Assembly (NCBI GenBank): GCA_002482775.1
Contig: DLGQ01000109.1
Location: forward strand, 47,789 to 111,788
Source: Flavobacteriales bacterium UBA7690
GTDB taxonomy: Bacteria > Bacteroidota > Bacteroidia > Flavobacteriales_F > PHOS-HE28
Direction of reading: 5' to 3'
Length of the DNA: 64,000 nucleotides
The notes beneath the pieces are model-generated. The model was not told where the DNA came from. It did not search any database and was given only the letters and a program-made list of their open reading frames with translations. Below are positions 27,728 through 39,252 of this stretch, piece by piece (positions within the stretch are counted from its first letter, which is position 1; each line of letters opens with the position of its first letter). Position numbers and translations under genes: made by a program.

Positions 27728-30343
27728 TCACCGCGCGTGGCTCACCACGAAGCGCCCGCTGGCCATGTGTCCGCCACCGGAGGATAGCTGGTACGTGTAG
27801 ATGCCATCGGCCAGATCGGCCACACGCAGTGCCACCAACGTGCCCTGTACCTGTTGTTGCATGGCCAAGCGACCTGTTCCATCGAACACGCGCACCTGTG
27901 TTGCAAGGGGCGAGTCACCAGCGAGGCTGAAGTGGAGCACGTCATCCGCAGGCTGTGGATAGATGCTCAAGAGCGAGGCGCCGAATTCGCCCATCCCGCC
28001 CTGTGGGTTGTCCACCAGGGTCACGCAATAGTCCTCTACTTCGCCGTACTCGTATCCATCGCAAGGCCCTTCTGGCGCTGCACCATACCGCATCACCACG
28101 CGCATCCGTGTAGGCCCTAGCGTGGCCTCCACGGGAATGTTCACCATGGCGTCCACAGGGTCATTGCTTCCGGAGGTGGAGATGAAGACACGTTCGTTGT
28201 TCCCATCGAAGTCGCCGCTTTGGTCCAGGTCTATCCACACGCCGAACCATTCCATGAACGAGAATCCGCTGAAGTCCGGCTCCAAGGTGATCGGATGGTC
28301 GGCAGCCACCATCAGGTCCGTCGTCACGGTAGTGTAGTCGCCATACCCGTCGTCATTCCCACTGGAGTTATCGATGTCGCCGATGGACACTTGGCCTATC
28401 CATTCACCATTGGAGTTCTCCGCTTCCAACGCGCAATAGGCGAGGTCCGTGCAAGCACCGCAACCGCTGGTGGCCATGGTGACCGGTGCGGACCAATCCG
28501 TGGTGGTGCCGTTGCAATGGGAACGCACCTGTACCGCATAGCGCGAGCAGGCTTCAAGGGGTGTGAGTTCCAGCGTGGTGGTGAGCAGGTTCTCCACCAG
28601 CGTGAAGTCCGTGGTGCCTTGTGGAGCATAGCGCACGTCGTAAGCGTTCGCAGCGAGCACGCTGTTCCAGAAAACGTTGATGATGTCGGTACCCACGAAG
28701 CCCTGCGCAAGTCCGCCGGGTGCAACACAGCAGCCGTCGCTGTTCCAGTTGAAAAGGTTGCTGTATTCGCTGGTGCCTTCATCGCAGTTCACACGCACCT
28801 GCAACTCGTAGGGCGAGCACGGAACGATACCCTGTAGTTGGAACCCAGGTTCGGCGATGGCGGTGACGGTGATCCATTCCGGAGCGCCGACCTGGCGGTA
28901 ACGCAGATCGAACACTGCTCCGTTCACCGTGTTCCATGCCACGAATGCCGTGGTCAAATCCACCGCCTGTGCGGTGATGCCATACGGCGAAGGACAAGGG
29001 CCGCAACCGTTCATGATCAGTTGCATGCTGTTGCCCGCGTTGATACGGCCTCCGGTAACGGTGTTGCCCGGCAGGTTGCCCACTTGCTCCACGCCATCGA
29101 AGAGCATCTGCCGCACGTAGAGCGCACCGGCGGCGGGGTCGTTCTTCACCAAGCTCATCATGCTGGCGCACGGTGCGCTGTACAGCAGACCGATGACCCC
29201 CGCGGTGAGCGGGCTGGCAAAGCTGGTGCCGCTGGCCGTGCCGTAGTTGTTGTTGATCTGGGTGGTATACACACCGCCCCCCGGAGCGCCCACATCGATG
29301 GTCGTGAGGCCGAATCCGGAAAAGGTGCGCATGTCCTCCTGGTTCGTGGCTGTCACGCTGATCATGAAATCGCTCGGGCACGCAGTGGGGAGGTCGCCCT
29401 CTTCATCCACGTTGGTATTGCTGTTGGTGGTGGCACCGGCGTTCAACACCCCATGTGTGCCGAGGCTATCGTACATCGCGCACCAGAGCGGCGCATCCTC
29501 CGGCTGTCCGCCGTTCACACCCCAGCTTGCGTTCGTGGCCACCACGAAAGCGCCACGTTCGCCGTTCGTTTGGTTGTACAAGCGGCGCATGGTGAGCGGG
29601 TAGCTGTGGCTGGCGATCACCCCTTCGTCGTTGGCACCGCTGTTGAACACGATCATCATTTTCACACCCCAATTGGCCCCGACCACTCCCAGGTCGTTGT
29701 TGCCCACGGCGCCTACCATGCCAGCCACTTGGGTACCATGGCTTCCGCTGTACACCTCATCCGTTCCGGAGTTGGCGTTCCAGCCCCGGAAGTCGTCCAC
29801 GTAGCCGTTGTTGTCGTCGTCGATATCGTTGTTCGGGATCTCCTGGTGGTTGAACCAAGCGTTTGCCCAGAGATCCTCGTGCGGCATGTCGCAGTTCTCG
29901 AAAATGCACACCACGATGGTATCACCATCCGCGGTGAGGCCACCGGTGCTGATGGCCCATGCGGCTTCGCTGTCGATGTTCTGGTGATGCCACTGGTCGC
30001 CGTACTCCGTATCGTCGGGCACCTCGCGCGGCTTCAGCACATGGTTGTTCTGCGCCAGTTGTACGGCGGGGTGGTTCCGCACGGCGCGCAGCATCACGGC
30101 TTGTTCCATACTGTTGGTATCGAACACGAGCTTCCAAGTGCGCATGGGCTTGCTCACCTCGCGACCCACCCGCACACCCGTAGGCGTTGCATTGATCAGT
30201 TGAAGGTCTTTGGCTACTTCCCGGATGTTCCCGGTGGGCGTGGTCATCACCAGAATCTCACCAGGGACGATCTCGGGGCCTTGTGCACGAAGGCCATGGA
30301 ACGCGGAGAGGGCCACGAAGGCCAAGGCGGATAGAAGGCGCAT
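27728..30343 (-). CDS. S8 family (subtilisin-like) serine peptidase with C-terminal T9SS sorting domain
   Basis: Asp/His/Ser subtilase motifs (HGTQVAGMVGA..., GTSFASPLTAG). Signal peptide MRLLSALAFVALSAFHGLRAQ. T9SS CTD tail. Confidence 0.85.
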   Translation of the reverse strand: MRLLSALAFVALSAFHGLRAQGPEIVPGEILVMTTPTGNIREVAKDLQLINATPTGVRVGREVSKPMRTWKLVFDTNSMEQAVMLRAVRNHPAVQLAQNNHVLKPREVPDDTEYGDQWHHQNIDSEAAWAISTGGLTADGDTIVVCIFENCDMPHEDLWANAWFNHQEIPNNDIDDDNNGYVDDFRGWNANSGTDEVYSGSHGTQVAGMVGAVGNNDLGVVGANWGVKMMIVFNSGANDEGVIASHSYPLTMRRLYNQTNGERGAFVVATNASWGVNGGQPEDAPLWCAMYDSLGTHGVLNAGATTNSNTNVDEEGDLPTACPSDFMISVTATNQEDMRTFSGFGLTTIDVGAPGGGVYTTQINNNYGTASGTSFASPLTAGVIGLLYSAPCASMMSLVKNDPAAGALYVRQMLFDGVEQVGNLPGNTVTGGRINAGNSMQLIMNGCGPCPSPYGITAQAVDLTTAFVAWNTVNGAVFDLRYRQVGAPEWITVTAIAEPGFQLQGIVPCSPYELQVRVNCDEGTSEYSNLFNWNSDGCCVAPGGLAQGFVGTDIINVFWNSVLAANAYDVRYAPQGTTDFTLVENLLTTTLELTPLEACSRYAVQVRSHCNGTTTDWSAPVTMATSGCGACTDLAYCALEAENSNGEWIGQVSIGDIDNSSGNDDGYGDYTTVTTDLMVAADHPITLEPDFSGFSFMEWFGVWIDLDQSGDFDGNNERVFISTSGSNDPVDAMVNIPVEATLGPTRMRVVMRYGAAPEGPCDGYEYGEVEDYCVTLVDNPQGGMGEFGASLLSIYPQPADDVLHFSLAGDSPLATQVRVFDGTGRLAMQQQVQGTLVALRVADLADGIYTYQLSSGGGHMASGRFVVSHAR

Positions 30344-30441
30344 ACGGACTGTTACGGTATGATCCAAAGGTACGGGAAGGGGCCTCGGGGACAGTCGGTT
30401 GGGTGTGTGCCAATGGCCGCCGGTGTTGGAAGGCTGAAGGA

Positions 30442-31311
30442 TCAAGGCTTCAGCCAGCGCATGGTGCGGATGTTCGGACCATCCAATACCCTTACGATGT
30501 AACAGCCGGATGCCAGCCCTCCGACAGCAATGGTCCGCTCACCCGGCGGAAGGCGTGGAGCAAGGAGGATCCTACCGGCCGCATCGATGAACTGGACTTC
30601 CATGCTCCCTGTTCGAGGAAGCCCTTCGACCAGGATCGTTCCTGCATTCAACAGGTGTATGGTCATTGGTGCTGCGTCGCTCTCCGCGTTCATACCCACC
30701 CCCCAGTCGCAACTCGGGGTCAGTCCCGATGTGTAGTCCATCCCCTCGTCGGAAAAGCAGCGGAGGGTGGGATCAAAGAAGAATCCACTCCCCCAGCAAT
30801 CGTCGAAGAACAGGCCGAATTCCGAGCCTATACGTTCGATGTAGCGGTACTGCGACCCACCCTTGAAACACGGATTGCTCACATCGATGGAACGAAGCCA
30901 TTGCCCACCGAACTCCACATGCCCGGTATCCACCACATTGAACGGACACGAACAGCCGAAATCTCCCAACTGCAGCTGGTCCCAGTGATCACCCGGATCG
31001 GCCCCGAACCAGATGATCGTATCCCACTGCGGACCACCTCCCATATCCGAGAAGTCTTGCAGTCGATAGATCACGTCATCTTCAGCACGCGTTACGTAGG
31101 TCGGGTAGATCCACGGCCCGTCCGAAACATTGAAGCGGATAATGTTCCCGACCACCCCCTCGATCAAGGTGTCGCCGGTGTATACGTACTTGGTGTAATG
31201 ATCCGAGCCCCAGCCGTCGCTATAGTGCCACGTGGCGCCGGGTACGCACCATTGCTGGGCGAATGAGGCCAAAGCCAGTAGGGAGCTGAGCAGAGCGTGT
31301 AAGTTCCTCAT
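30442..31311 (-). CDS. T9SS C-terminal sorting domain-containing secreted protein
   Basis: Signal peptide. CTD ending GCYIVRVLDGPNIRTMRWLKP. Confidence 0.6.
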   Translation of the reverse strand: MRNLHALLSSLLALASFAQQWCVPGATWHYSDGWGSDHYTKYVYTGDTLIEGVVGNIIRFNVSDGPWIYPTYVTRAEDDVIYRLQDFSDMGGGPQWDTIIWFGADPGDHWDQLQLGDFGCSCPFNVVDTGHVEFGGQWLRSIDVSNPCFKGGSQYRYIERIGSEFGLFFDDCWGSGFFFDPTLRCFSDEGMDYTSGLTPSCDWGVGMNAESDAAPMTIHLLNAGTILVEGLPRTGSMEVQFIDAAGRILLAPRLPPGERTIAVGGLASGCYIVRVLDGPNIRTMRWLKP

Positions 31312-31592
31312 GTCCGTATCCATTTAATGGTCTGTCGACGTGCGGCCCTTCCACCACACGCACCATGTAGTACCCAGGAGCAACCTCGCTGATGTTGATA
31401 CACACGAACAGGGCCTAGTGCGAAATGGAACAAGGGTGTAAGATTGAAGACCACGAGTCTGCTCCATTCATCATGAATGTTGCACCAGGACATTGTGTGT
31501 TCCTCGTGAGTGGTTCAATTGGAGCACAACGAAAGGTAGTTCACACATGGTGCACCACCAAGAACTTGGTCCGATGGGTCAACAAAGGGCGA

Positions 31593-34070
31593 TCAACCCA
31601 TGGTATACACCCGCTTCACCCGCTGACTGATGCTCGTGAGCACTTCATACGAGATGGTCCCCATGTCCCGTGCCACTTCGGCAACTGGATGTTCGCGATC
31701 GAAGACGAACGCCATATCGCCCACGGAGCAGGTGATGCCGGTCACATCCACCATGCACATGTCCATACACACGTTACCGATGATGGGTGCGGCTTTCCCG
31801 GCGATCCACACACGGCCCACTCCATTGCCGAGGCGGCGCGAGAGTCCATCCGCATACCCAATTGGTAATGTGGCGATGGTGCGGTCACCGGAAATAACGC
31901 CACGCCGGTTGTAGCCCACGGTGTCTCCGGTGGTAAGCTTTTTCAACTGAGCGATGGGTGTGCGCAAGGTCACGGTGGGCATCAGCTTGGCGGTCTCTTC
32001 GGCATCCGCACCGATGCCGTGCAGTCCGATGCCGACGCGCACCATATCGAAATGCGCCTCGGGCCAGCGCGCGATGCCGGCTGTGTTCGCCATGTGCCAG
32101 AGCGGGGTGTAGCCGAGCACTTCCCCGATCGCCGTTGCCATGCGCGTGAACGTGGCGATCTGTATGCGGGTGAAGTCATCCTGCGCAGGCTCTTCGCTCG
32201 CCACGAGGTGCGAAAGGATGGAAGCCACCTTCAATGGTCCGCGTTCGTGCAAGGCGTTCAACAGCTCCGGTAACTCTTGCTCCACGAACCCGAGGCGGTG
32301 CATGCCGGTATCCAGCTTGATGTGGACCGGCGGCGCATCATCCATCCGCTTTGCTGCGGCGATCGCCTCGCGTAACGAGCGTTGATCGTAGACCTCGGCT
32401 TCCAACCGGAAACGGTGAAGCGTACCCATGTCCACCGGCTCGGGGTTCATCACCATGATGGGCATGGAGATGCCGTGGGTGCGCAGTTCGATGCCTTCAT
32501 CGGCATACGCCACGCCGAGGTAATTCACACGTTCATGCTCGAACAGCCGTGCCAGTTCCAACGCACCGGATCCATAGCCGAAGGCTTTCACCATGGCCAT
32601 GGTCCGCACTCCTGGTGCGAGGCATCCTCGGTAATGGTTCAGGTTCTGCCGGATGGCCTCGAGGTCGATCACCAGTTCTGTGCCATGTACCTGTTGCTGC
32701 CAACGCTCCACGATCCGTTCGAAGCCGAAGCGACGCGCGCCTTTGATGAGCACCACGGATCCCGAGAAGCCTTGCGGATCCTCGCAGCTGAGCATCTTTT
32801 CCGCATCGGTGTAACACCGCGCGGAATGGCCGAATAGCGCGTGCTGCGCAGCGATCGCGGGACCGATGCCGATGATCCGTTCCACGCCGCGCTCCTTTAG
32901 TTCTTGTGCCACCCGCGCGTAGAGGCGCTGCGGATCCAGTTCGCTCTCGGCCACATCGCTCAACACCGCCACCAGGGGCCGTCCATGTGCGGTACGTTTC
33001 AAACTGTCCAACGCAACGGAGAGCGAGCTGAGGTCGAGGCTGTAGCTATCGTCGATCAGCGTGGTGCCGTGTACGCCTTGCAGGGTACGCATGCGCATGT
33101 CCACCGGCATCAGGTGCGCGAGGCGTTCGTTGATCCATTCCGCTGTGCGGCCCAAGTGCAGGCAAACGGCGATGCAGGTAAGCGCGTTCTCCGCACTGGC
33201 ATCATCGGTGAACGGGATGGTGAACGTGTGCTCCGTTCCCGCGTGCAACAACGTGATGCTGGTGGAATCGCCGACGATCTCTTGCGCGATCACCTGCACG
33301 AAGTCCGCTGCACCAGCATGCCCGATCATGGACCATTCCAACGGCTTCACCTCTGGAAGTCGGTAGTGCAGCTTGTCCAATTCCATCGCGTTGTTCGGAT
33401 GGATCCATACCTCCGCACGGCGGAACAACTTCAACTTCTCGGTCGCCTTCGCATCGCTGCCCATTCCCTTGAAACCTTCGTCGTGCGCGCTACCCAAGTG
33501 GGTGAACACACCGATCGTAGGCCGGATCATCGGTTCCAACTTCTCCATCTCGCCCGGCTTGCTGATGCCCGCTTCGAAGATGGCCAGGGTGTGCTCCGGG
33601 CGCATCTGCAACACGCTCAGCGGCACGCCCACTTGGCTGTTCCAGCTGCCCGGGCTGCGTACGATGTGCTCTTCGCGGTGCAGCATCTGGAACAACCATT
33701 CCTTCACGATGGTCTTGCCGTTGCTGCCGGTGATCCCGATCACTGGTATGGAGAACTGACTACGATGCCAAGCGGCGATCTGCTGAAATGCCGTGAGCGG
33801 ATCCAAGACACCGACCACGGCAAGCCCCTCGAATTCCGCCATTCGATCATGCTGTACGATGGCCATCCGGAGGCCGCGCTTCACCAGCTCCGCGATATGG
33901 TGGTGGCCATCGTGCCGCGGGCCGGGCAAGGCGATGAACAAGGTGGTGGGCGTGATCTCCGCGTGGCGCGAATCGATGATGATGCGATCCACCAGCGTGT
34001 CACCACCACCGCTCAAGCGGCCACCGACCACTTCGGCGATGCGCGCGAGCGGATGCTGGAAGGCGCTCAT
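31593..34070 (-). CDS. murF: bifunctional UDP-N-acetylmuramoyl-tripeptide--D-alanyl-D-alanine ligase / alanine racemase
   Basis: N-terminal MurF domain (GITGSNGKT...) fused to a C-terminal PLP-dependent alanine racemase ([11 protein letters not shown]). This fusion is known in Bacteroidota. Confidence 0.85.
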   Translation of the reverse strand: MSAFQHPLARIAEVVGGRLSGGGDTLVDRIIIDSRHAEITPTTLFIALPGPRHDGHHHIAELVKRGLRMAIVQHDRMAEFEGLAVVGVLDPLTAFQQIAAWHRSQFSIPVIGITGSNGKTIVKEWLFQMLHREEHIVRSPGSWNSQVGVPLSVLQMRPEHTLAIFEAGISKPGEMEKLEPMIRPTIGVFTHLGSAHDEGFKGMGSDAKATEKLKLFRRAEVWIHPNNAMELDKLHYRLPEVKPLEWSMIGHAGAADFVQVIAQEIVGDSTSITLLHAGTEHTFTIPFTDDASAENALTCIAVCLHLGRTAEWINERLAHLMPVDMRMRTLQGVHGTTLIDDSYSLDLSSLSVALDSLKRTAHGRPLVAVLSDVAESELDPQRLYARVAQELKERGVERIIGIGPAIAAQHALFGHSARCYTDAEKMLSCEDPQGFSGSVVLIKGARRFGFERIVERWQQQVHGTELVIDLEAIRQNLNHYRGCLAPGVRTMAMVKAFGYGSGALELARLFEHERVNYLGVAYADEGIELRTHGISMPIMVMNPEPVDMGTLHRFRLEAEVYDQRSLREAIAAAKRMDDAPPVHIKLDTGMHRLGFVEQELPELLNALHERGPLKVASILSHLVASEEPAQDDFTRIQIATFTRMATAIGEVLGYTPLWHMANTAGIARWPEAHFDMVRVGIGLHGIGADAEETAKLMPTVTLRTPIAQLKKLTTGDTVGYNRRGVISGDRTIATLPIGYADGLSRRLGNGVGRVWIAGKAAPIIGNVCMDMCMVDVTGITCSVGDMAFVFDREHPVAEVARDMGTISYEVLTSISQRVKRVYTMG

Positions 34071-34660
34071 GGGGTGTCGTGCTGTACGCTCAGTGCCGCT
34101 TGGAAACAGGTGCGGCACAGCGGCTCGTAGCTATCGGTCTCACCCAGCACGACCAGCTCCTGGCTGGCTGTTTTCCGGTGGCTGAAGGTGGCCAGTCCGC
34201 CGCAGTGCATGCAGATGGCGTGGACCTTCGTCACGTACTCGGCGATCGCCATCAGCGCGGGCATCGGCCCGAAAGGGCGTCCTTGGAAATCCATGTCGAG
34301 CCCGGCGATGATCACGCGGATGCCGCTGTTGGCGAGTTGTTCGCACACGGTGGGCAGCCCATCATCGAAGAACTGGGCCTCGTCGATACCCACCACCTGG
34401 ATGTCGCTGGTGAGCAGGAGCAGGTTGGTGCTGTTGGGTACCGGCGTGCTGCGGATGGTGGTGCCTTCGTGGCTCACCACGTCCACGGCATCGTAGCGGG
34501 TATCCACGCCAGGCTTGAAGATCTCCACCTTTTGCTTGGCGAATTCCGCACGGCGCAACCGGCGGATCAGCTCTTCCGTCTTTCCGGAGAACATGCTGCC
34601 ACAGATCACTTCGATCCAGCCTTTGCGGGGGCTGTGTGGTCCGGTGTGTTCCAGGAACAT
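34067..34660 (-). CDS. tdk: thymidine kinase
   Basis: [15 protein letters not shown]-loop and a C-terminal Zn ribbon (CMHCG...CRTC). Confidence 0.85.
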   Translation of the reverse strand: MFLEHTGPHSPRKGWIEVICGSMFSGKTEELIRRLRRAEFAKQKVEIFKPGVDTRYDAVDVVSHEGTTIRSTPVPNSTNLLLLTSDIQVVGIDEAQFFDDGLPTVCEQLANSGIRVIIAGLDMDFQGRPFGPMPALMAIAEYVTKVHAICMHCGGLATFSHRKTASQELVVLGETDSYEPLCRTCFQAALSVQHDTP

Positions 34661-34756
34661 CGAGGGTGGCCCGTGGTGTTGTTAGCTTCGGGCGTTGGCG
34701 GGGTGTGCGAAAATAGGGATCTTCGCAGGCATGCGGGTACACGAACGCAGAGAAGC

Positions 34757-35440
34757 ATGAGCACGGACAAGCCTTTTCGCAGGATCAATGAACTGGTAGC
34801 AGCGCTGGCCGCCGCGGACAAGGGCCTTGGCAACGGCACGCTCGGAGCCGATGGTCTGGAGACGGCTTGCGACGATGCACGGGAGCTTTACGAACGGCTG
34901 GTGGTGTTGCGTCACAAAGCCAGAGAGACCTTGGTGAACCAGTCCACGGAAGAGCCTGAAACCGTGAAACCAGCGCAGAACGTGGTGCGGGAACCGTTGC
35001 CACAGGCCGCGCCCGAAGAGCGTTCCGTGCGGTTGGATACGCGCCCGGCTCCGGAGCCTTCCTCCCGCCAGACCTCGCTGATCGATGCCATCGAGCACAC
35101 CGAAATGAAGGAGGATGCTGTCCCTTCCACAGCAAGCAAGTCTACCGCCAGTGAACGCCTGCCCAAGCCAGCGACCTCGGTAGCCGAGAAGTTGGAGAAG
35201 GCTGCCGTTGCCGATCTGGGCAAGGCCATATCGCTCAGCCATAAATTCTGGTTCGTGGCGGAGCTCTTCAATGGTGACCGTATGGCGTACGAAAAGGCTG
35301 TGGAGAAACTCAACGCGAGCGCTAGCCTTGCAGAAGCCCAATCCTACATCCAGGACGAGGTGATCGCCAAGCTGAAGAAGCCCGCCGACCCCGAAGCCCT
35401 GGCCACCTTCAACGAACTCGTGGAACGCCGAACCGCATGA
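34757..35440 (+). CDS. hypothetical protein (228 aa, Ala/Glu/Pro-rich middle region)
   Basis: ATG at 34757 after a long in-frame leader. No recognised domain. Confidence 0.45.
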   Translation: MSTDKPFRRINELVAALAAADKGLGNGTLGADGLETACDDARELYERLVVLRHKARETLVNQSTEEPETVKPAQNVVREPLPQAAPEERSVRLDTRPAPEPSSRQTSLIDAIEHTEMKEDAVPSTASKSTASERLPKPATSVAEKLEKAAVADLGKAISLSHKFWFVAELFNGDRMAYEKAVEKLNASASLAEAQSYIQDEVIAKLKKPADPEALATFNELVERRTA

Positions 35441-36705
35441 GCCTACGATCGCTCCTTTTCTTCGTGATGGTCGCCCCGGTGGTGATCCACGCCCAAGAAG
35501 CCGATGTCGTCCGCGGCAACGCGCGCAAGTACGTGAAGAACCTCACCGCACCGGCGTTGCATGGTCGCGGATATGTGGAGAATGGCGACGGCCTGGCCGC
35601 GGATTGGATCGCGCAGCAGTTCACGCGTATGGGCCTGTTGCCGGTGAAGTCGGACTACTTCCAGCCGTTCCAGTTCAACGTGAACAGCTTTCCGGACAGC
35701 GTGCAGGTCAGCATCGATGGTAAGCGTTTGATCCCTGGAACGGACTTCATCGTGCATCCCGCGTCGGGCAGGGCTTCGGGTAGTTTCGATCTGGTGCATC
35801 TTCAGCCGGATGATCTCCTGGATCCTGCGCGCCGGGCCATGAGCATGGGTGTGCTTACAGGCAAGGCCGCGTGTCTTCACTTCCCCAAGACCATCAACAG
35901 CGATACGTTGCGGATGTACGACGAGGTGGAGCGCGAGCTCATGCACTTCTGCCCCGTCGTGAAAGCGGCAGCAGGCAAACTGACCTGGGGTGTTGCCCAA
36001 GAGGCGCGGCCGTTCCCGTTGATCGAAGTGTTGCCGGAGACGATGACCGACAGTTCGCTCACCGTGGACCTACGGGTGCAGAACAAGTTGCTCCCACGTC
36101 ACGAAGCGCGCAATGTGGTAGGCAAGGTGAAGGGCAAAGGCAGCAAATGGATCGTGATCGGCGCGCATTATGATCACCTCGGGCACATGGGTCCCGATGC
36201 GCTTTTCCCCGGAGCCAACGACAATGCGAGCGGTGTGGCCATGATGCTTTCGTTAGCCGAATGGTTCAGTAAACACAAACCGAAACACAACATCCTCTTC
36301 GTGGCGTTCGCTGGTGAAGAGGCAGGACTTGTGGGTTCGGAATGGTTCATCGTGGACCGCCCGATCGATCTCTCGAAGATCAAGTTGATGGTGAACCTGG
36401 ACATGCTCGGCACCGGCGATGATGGCATCACCGTGGTGAATTCCACCGCGCAACAAGTGTTCTTCGATCAGCTCGTGGCCATCAATACCGCGAAACAATA
36501 CCTGCCACAGGTGAAGCCGCGCGGCCCAGCGTGCAACAGCGACCATTGCCCTTTCGTGCAGAAGAACATTCCGGCGCTCTTCCTCTACACCATGGGCGGC
36601 ACCGCAGCCTACCACGATGTGCAGGACAGGGAAGAGCAACTTCCGCTCACCAAGTTCCCCGAGGTATACGCGTTGCTGAAGGACTTCATCTCAGGTTTGA
36701 AGTGA
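35437..36705 (+). CDS. M28 family zinc peptidase
   Basis: Signal peptide. HYDHLGH...GANDNASGVA...EEAGLVGSE metal-binding motifs of M28 aminopeptidases. Confidence 0.8.
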   Translation: MSLRSLLFFVMVAPVVIHAQEADVVRGNARKYVKNLTAPALHGRGYVENGDGLAADWIAQQFTRMGLLPVKSDYFQPFQFNVNSFPDSVQVSIDGKRLIPGTDFIVHPASGRASGSFDLVHLQPDDLLDPARRAMSMGVLTGKAACLHFPKTINSDTLRMYDEVERELMHFCPVVKAAAGKLTWGVAQEARPFPLIEVLPETMTDSSLTVDLRVQNKLLPRHEARNVVGKVKGKGSKWIVIGAHYDHLGHMGPDALFPGANDNASGVAMMLSLAEWFSKHKPKHNILFVAFAGEEAGLVGSEWFIVDRPIDLSKIKLMVNLDMLGTGDDGITVVNSTAQQVFFDQLVAINTAKQYLPQVKPRGPACNSDHCPFVQKNIPALFLYTMGGTAAYHDVQDREEQLPLTKFPEVYALLKDFISGLK

Positions 36706-37415
36706 GTTCCTTCTCTGCCTCACTTGTCCTTGTTCCCACGCCCATCGGGAACTTGGACGATATCACGCTACGTGCGCAGAAAGTCCTCGCCGATGTGGAT
36801 GCCGTGGTGGCCGAGGACACACGTGTAAGTGGTCGGTTGTTGCAGCATTTGGGCATCAGTAAACCGTTGATCCCGTTCCACGCGCACAACGAGCACCGCA
36901 TGGTGGAGCAGCTGGTGCGGCGCATGCAAGTGGGCGAGCGGTTCGCCTTGGTGAGCGATGCGGGCACACCGGCCATCAGCGATCCGGGTTTCCTGCTGGT
37001 GCGCGCAGCGATCGCCGCGGGCGTAAGTGTGGAGTGCCTGCCCGGTCCAACGGCTTTCGTGCCCGCCTTGGTCAACAGTGGCTTACCGTGCGACCGTTTC
37101 GTGTTCGAAGGTTTCCTTCCGGTGAAGAAAGGGCGACGCACACGTTTGGAAGAACTGAAAAGCGAAGAGCGCACCATGGTCCTGTACGAAAGTCCGCACC
37201 GTGTGCTACGTACGTTGACCGATCTGGCCGATAGCTTCGGTGGTGCGCGCCGGGCAAGCGTATCGCGCGAGCTGAGCAAGTTGCACGAGGAATCCGTGCG
37301 GGGCACCTTGACCGAACTGGTAGCGCATTTCACGGCGAAAGAGCCACGGGGTGAGTTCGTGGTGGTGGTCGGTGGCAAGGACGAGGCCGCTCCCCAAGGC
37401 ACGGAAGTTGTTTGA
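36702..37415 (+). CDS. rsmI: 16S rRNA (cytidine1402-2'-O)-methyltransferase
   Basis: LVLVPTPIGNLDDITLRA...SDAGTPAISDPG tetrapyrrole-methylase fold. GTG start overlapping the M28 stop. Confidence 0.8.
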   Translation: MSSFSASLVLVPTPIGNLDDITLRAQKVLADVDAVVAEDTRVSGRLLQHLGISKPLIPFHAHNEHRMVEQLVRRMQVGERFALVSDAGTPAISDPGFLLVRAAIAAGVSVECLPGPTAFVPALVNSGLPCDRFVFEGFLPVKKGRRTRLEELKSEERTMVLYESPHRVLRTLTDLADSFGGARRASVSRELSKLHEESVRGTLTELVAHFTAKEPRGEFVVVVGGKDEAAPQGTEVV

Positions 37416-37463
37416 CGAACGAGGGTAGGATTTATCGTATTCTGCATTTACTTTGTCAACAAT

Positions 37464-38084
37464 ATGTTGTTGATAACCGCATTCATCCGAAAGGCCATTC
37501 TCCCGGCGTTTGGTTTGCTGCTGGGAATGGAAGGGGCTAAGGCCCAAGCCTATATCTATGCCGATGCCGATGTTTATCTGAAGCATCGGACCGCGGACCC
37601 CTTCTTGCCGTTGGGCGAGCCGGTTGGGGATTTCGTGGACCTCTACCCGAACATGGGCCAATGGACACTGCTCTTCGAAAAGGACGGCGTGAAGCGCAAA
37701 GTGAAGTGCAAGGACATCTGGGGTTTCATGTACAAAGGCGTGCTTTTCCGCATCAATGATGAAGGGCCCATTCCTGTGCGTGTGATGACCGAAGGCACCG
37801 TGTGCTACTACGAGAACGGCTTCGCGCATTTGTACATGCAACGGGAAGATGCCGAGTTGGCCGAATTCGAGGTGGGCTACGCCTCTTACCTGAGCAAGGA
37901 CATCCGCAGCCCCATTGTACCTGCTGTTTTCAAGGAAGGAGACACGCGCTCGGTCAGTGGTCGTTTCCGCACCGAGTACCCCGGGTTGGAGCCGCTTTTC
38001 AAATGCATCGGTGATCAGCCCGGCATGGATCCGGTGCGCCAATGCGTGGTGGATTTCGAAGTCGGCCTCATCGGCAACCAGTGA
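37464..38084 (+). CDS. hypothetical secreted protein
   Basis: Signal peptide. A Bacteroidota-type promoter-like TAnnTTTG element (tactttg) lies about 25 bp upstream. Confidence 0.45.
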   Translation: MLLITAFIRKAILPAFGLLLGMEGAKAQAYIYADADVYLKHRTADPFLPLGEPVGDFVDLYPNMGQWTLLFEKDGVKRKVKCKDIWGFMYKGVLFRINDEGPIPVRVMTEGTVCYYENGFAHLYMQREDAELAEFEVGYASYLSKDIRSPIVPAVFKEGDTRSVSGRFRTEYPGLEPLFKCIGDQPGMDPVRQCVVDFEVGLIGNQ

Positions 38085-39097
38085 AAGCCTGGACCCTCAC
38101 CGCGCATGGCGATCCGCAAAAGGTGTTCGCCTTGCGCGACCATACGAAGCCGGTGCCCAAGGCTGACGAGATCCTTGTGGCCTGCGAAGGGTTCGGCCTC
38201 AACTATGCCGATGTGATGGCGAGCAAGGGTCTGTACCGCGAAGCACCACCTGTGCCGAGCATCCTGGGCTACGAAGTGGTCGGGCGTATAGAGGCTGCCG
38301 GTGCTGGTGTTCCGCAAGCACTCCTCGGCAAGCGCGTGGTGGGCATGACCCGCTTCGGCGGCTACGCGCAGTATGCGGTCACCGATCATCGTGCGGTGGC
38401 CATCATCCCGGAAGATCTTGAACTCGGCAAAGCCGCAGCACTGGCCACACAAGGTTGCACCGCTTGGTATGCCGCACATCTGTTGTGCCCGTTGCGCACG
38501 GGCCAGCGTGTTCTCGTACACAGTGCGGCGGGTGGCGTTGGTCATCTGCTGGTGCAACTGGCACTGCGTGCGGGTTGCGAAGTGTTCGCCATTGCAAGCG
38601 GAAGCGCCAAAGTGGAGTACCTCCGTTCACTGGGTGTACAGCACGTCATCGATCGTGCGGATGGTGATCATGCAACGCAACTGCAGCGCATGCTCCAAGG
38701 TGCAAAGCTCGATGTGGTCTTCAATGCCGTGGGTGGCTCCTCGTTCAAGAAGGATATGCGGCTGCTGGGCAGTGGTGGACGCATCGTGTTATTTGGTGGT
38801 GCCGAGCGTGGTGGTATCGGAATGTTCGGCACGTTGCGTTTCGTCTGGCGCATGGGGCTTGTGGTGCCGATCCTCTTGATGATGAAGAGCCGCTCCATCC
38901 TGGGATTGAACATGCTGCGTATCGCCGAGGATCGTCCGCAGGATATCGCCGAATGCCTGCGCAACATGGTGGTCGCATGTGCCGAAGGGCACCTCGTACC
39001 GCGCGTGCATTCCGTGTACGATGCGAATGACCTGCCACGCGCGATCGCCGACCTGGACGGCGGCACCACGATGGGCAAGCTCGTTGTGCGCTGGTGA
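38081..39097 (+). CDS. zinc-binding alcohol dehydrogenase / quinone oxidoreductase (MDR superfamily)
   Basis: MKAWTL... then the GYEVVGRIEAAG and AAGGVGHLLVQLA Rossmann motifs. GTG start at 38081. Confidence 0.8.
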   Translation: MKAWTLTAHGDPQKVFALRDHTKPVPKADEILVACEGFGLNYADVMASKGLYREAPPVPSILGYEVVGRIEAAGAGVPQALLGKRVVGMTRFGGYAQYAVTDHRAVAIIPEDLELGKAAALATQGCTAWYAAHLLCPLRTGQRVLVHSAAGGVGHLLVQLALRAGCEVFAIASGSAKVEYLRSLGVQHVIDRADGDHATQLQRMLQGAKLDVVFNAVGGSSFKKDMRLLGSGGRIVLFGGAERGGIGMFGTLRFVWRMGLVVPILLMMKSRSILGLNMLRIAEDRPQDIAECLRNMVVACAEGHLVPRVHSVYDANDLPRAIADLDGGTTMGKLVVRW

Positions 39098-39252
39098 TCA
39101 TCGGTTGAACCATCCATCCAGTTCAGCTGGGACAAGTAGTGCTGCGCAGGCGACCGAAGGTTGTGCCTGTGTTCAACGGAGGGCCCGTCCCCCTAAGGAT
39201 GCCGGTAGGTTTGCTCCAGCTAAGGACCCATCACTTCCGCGGCACCACGAAC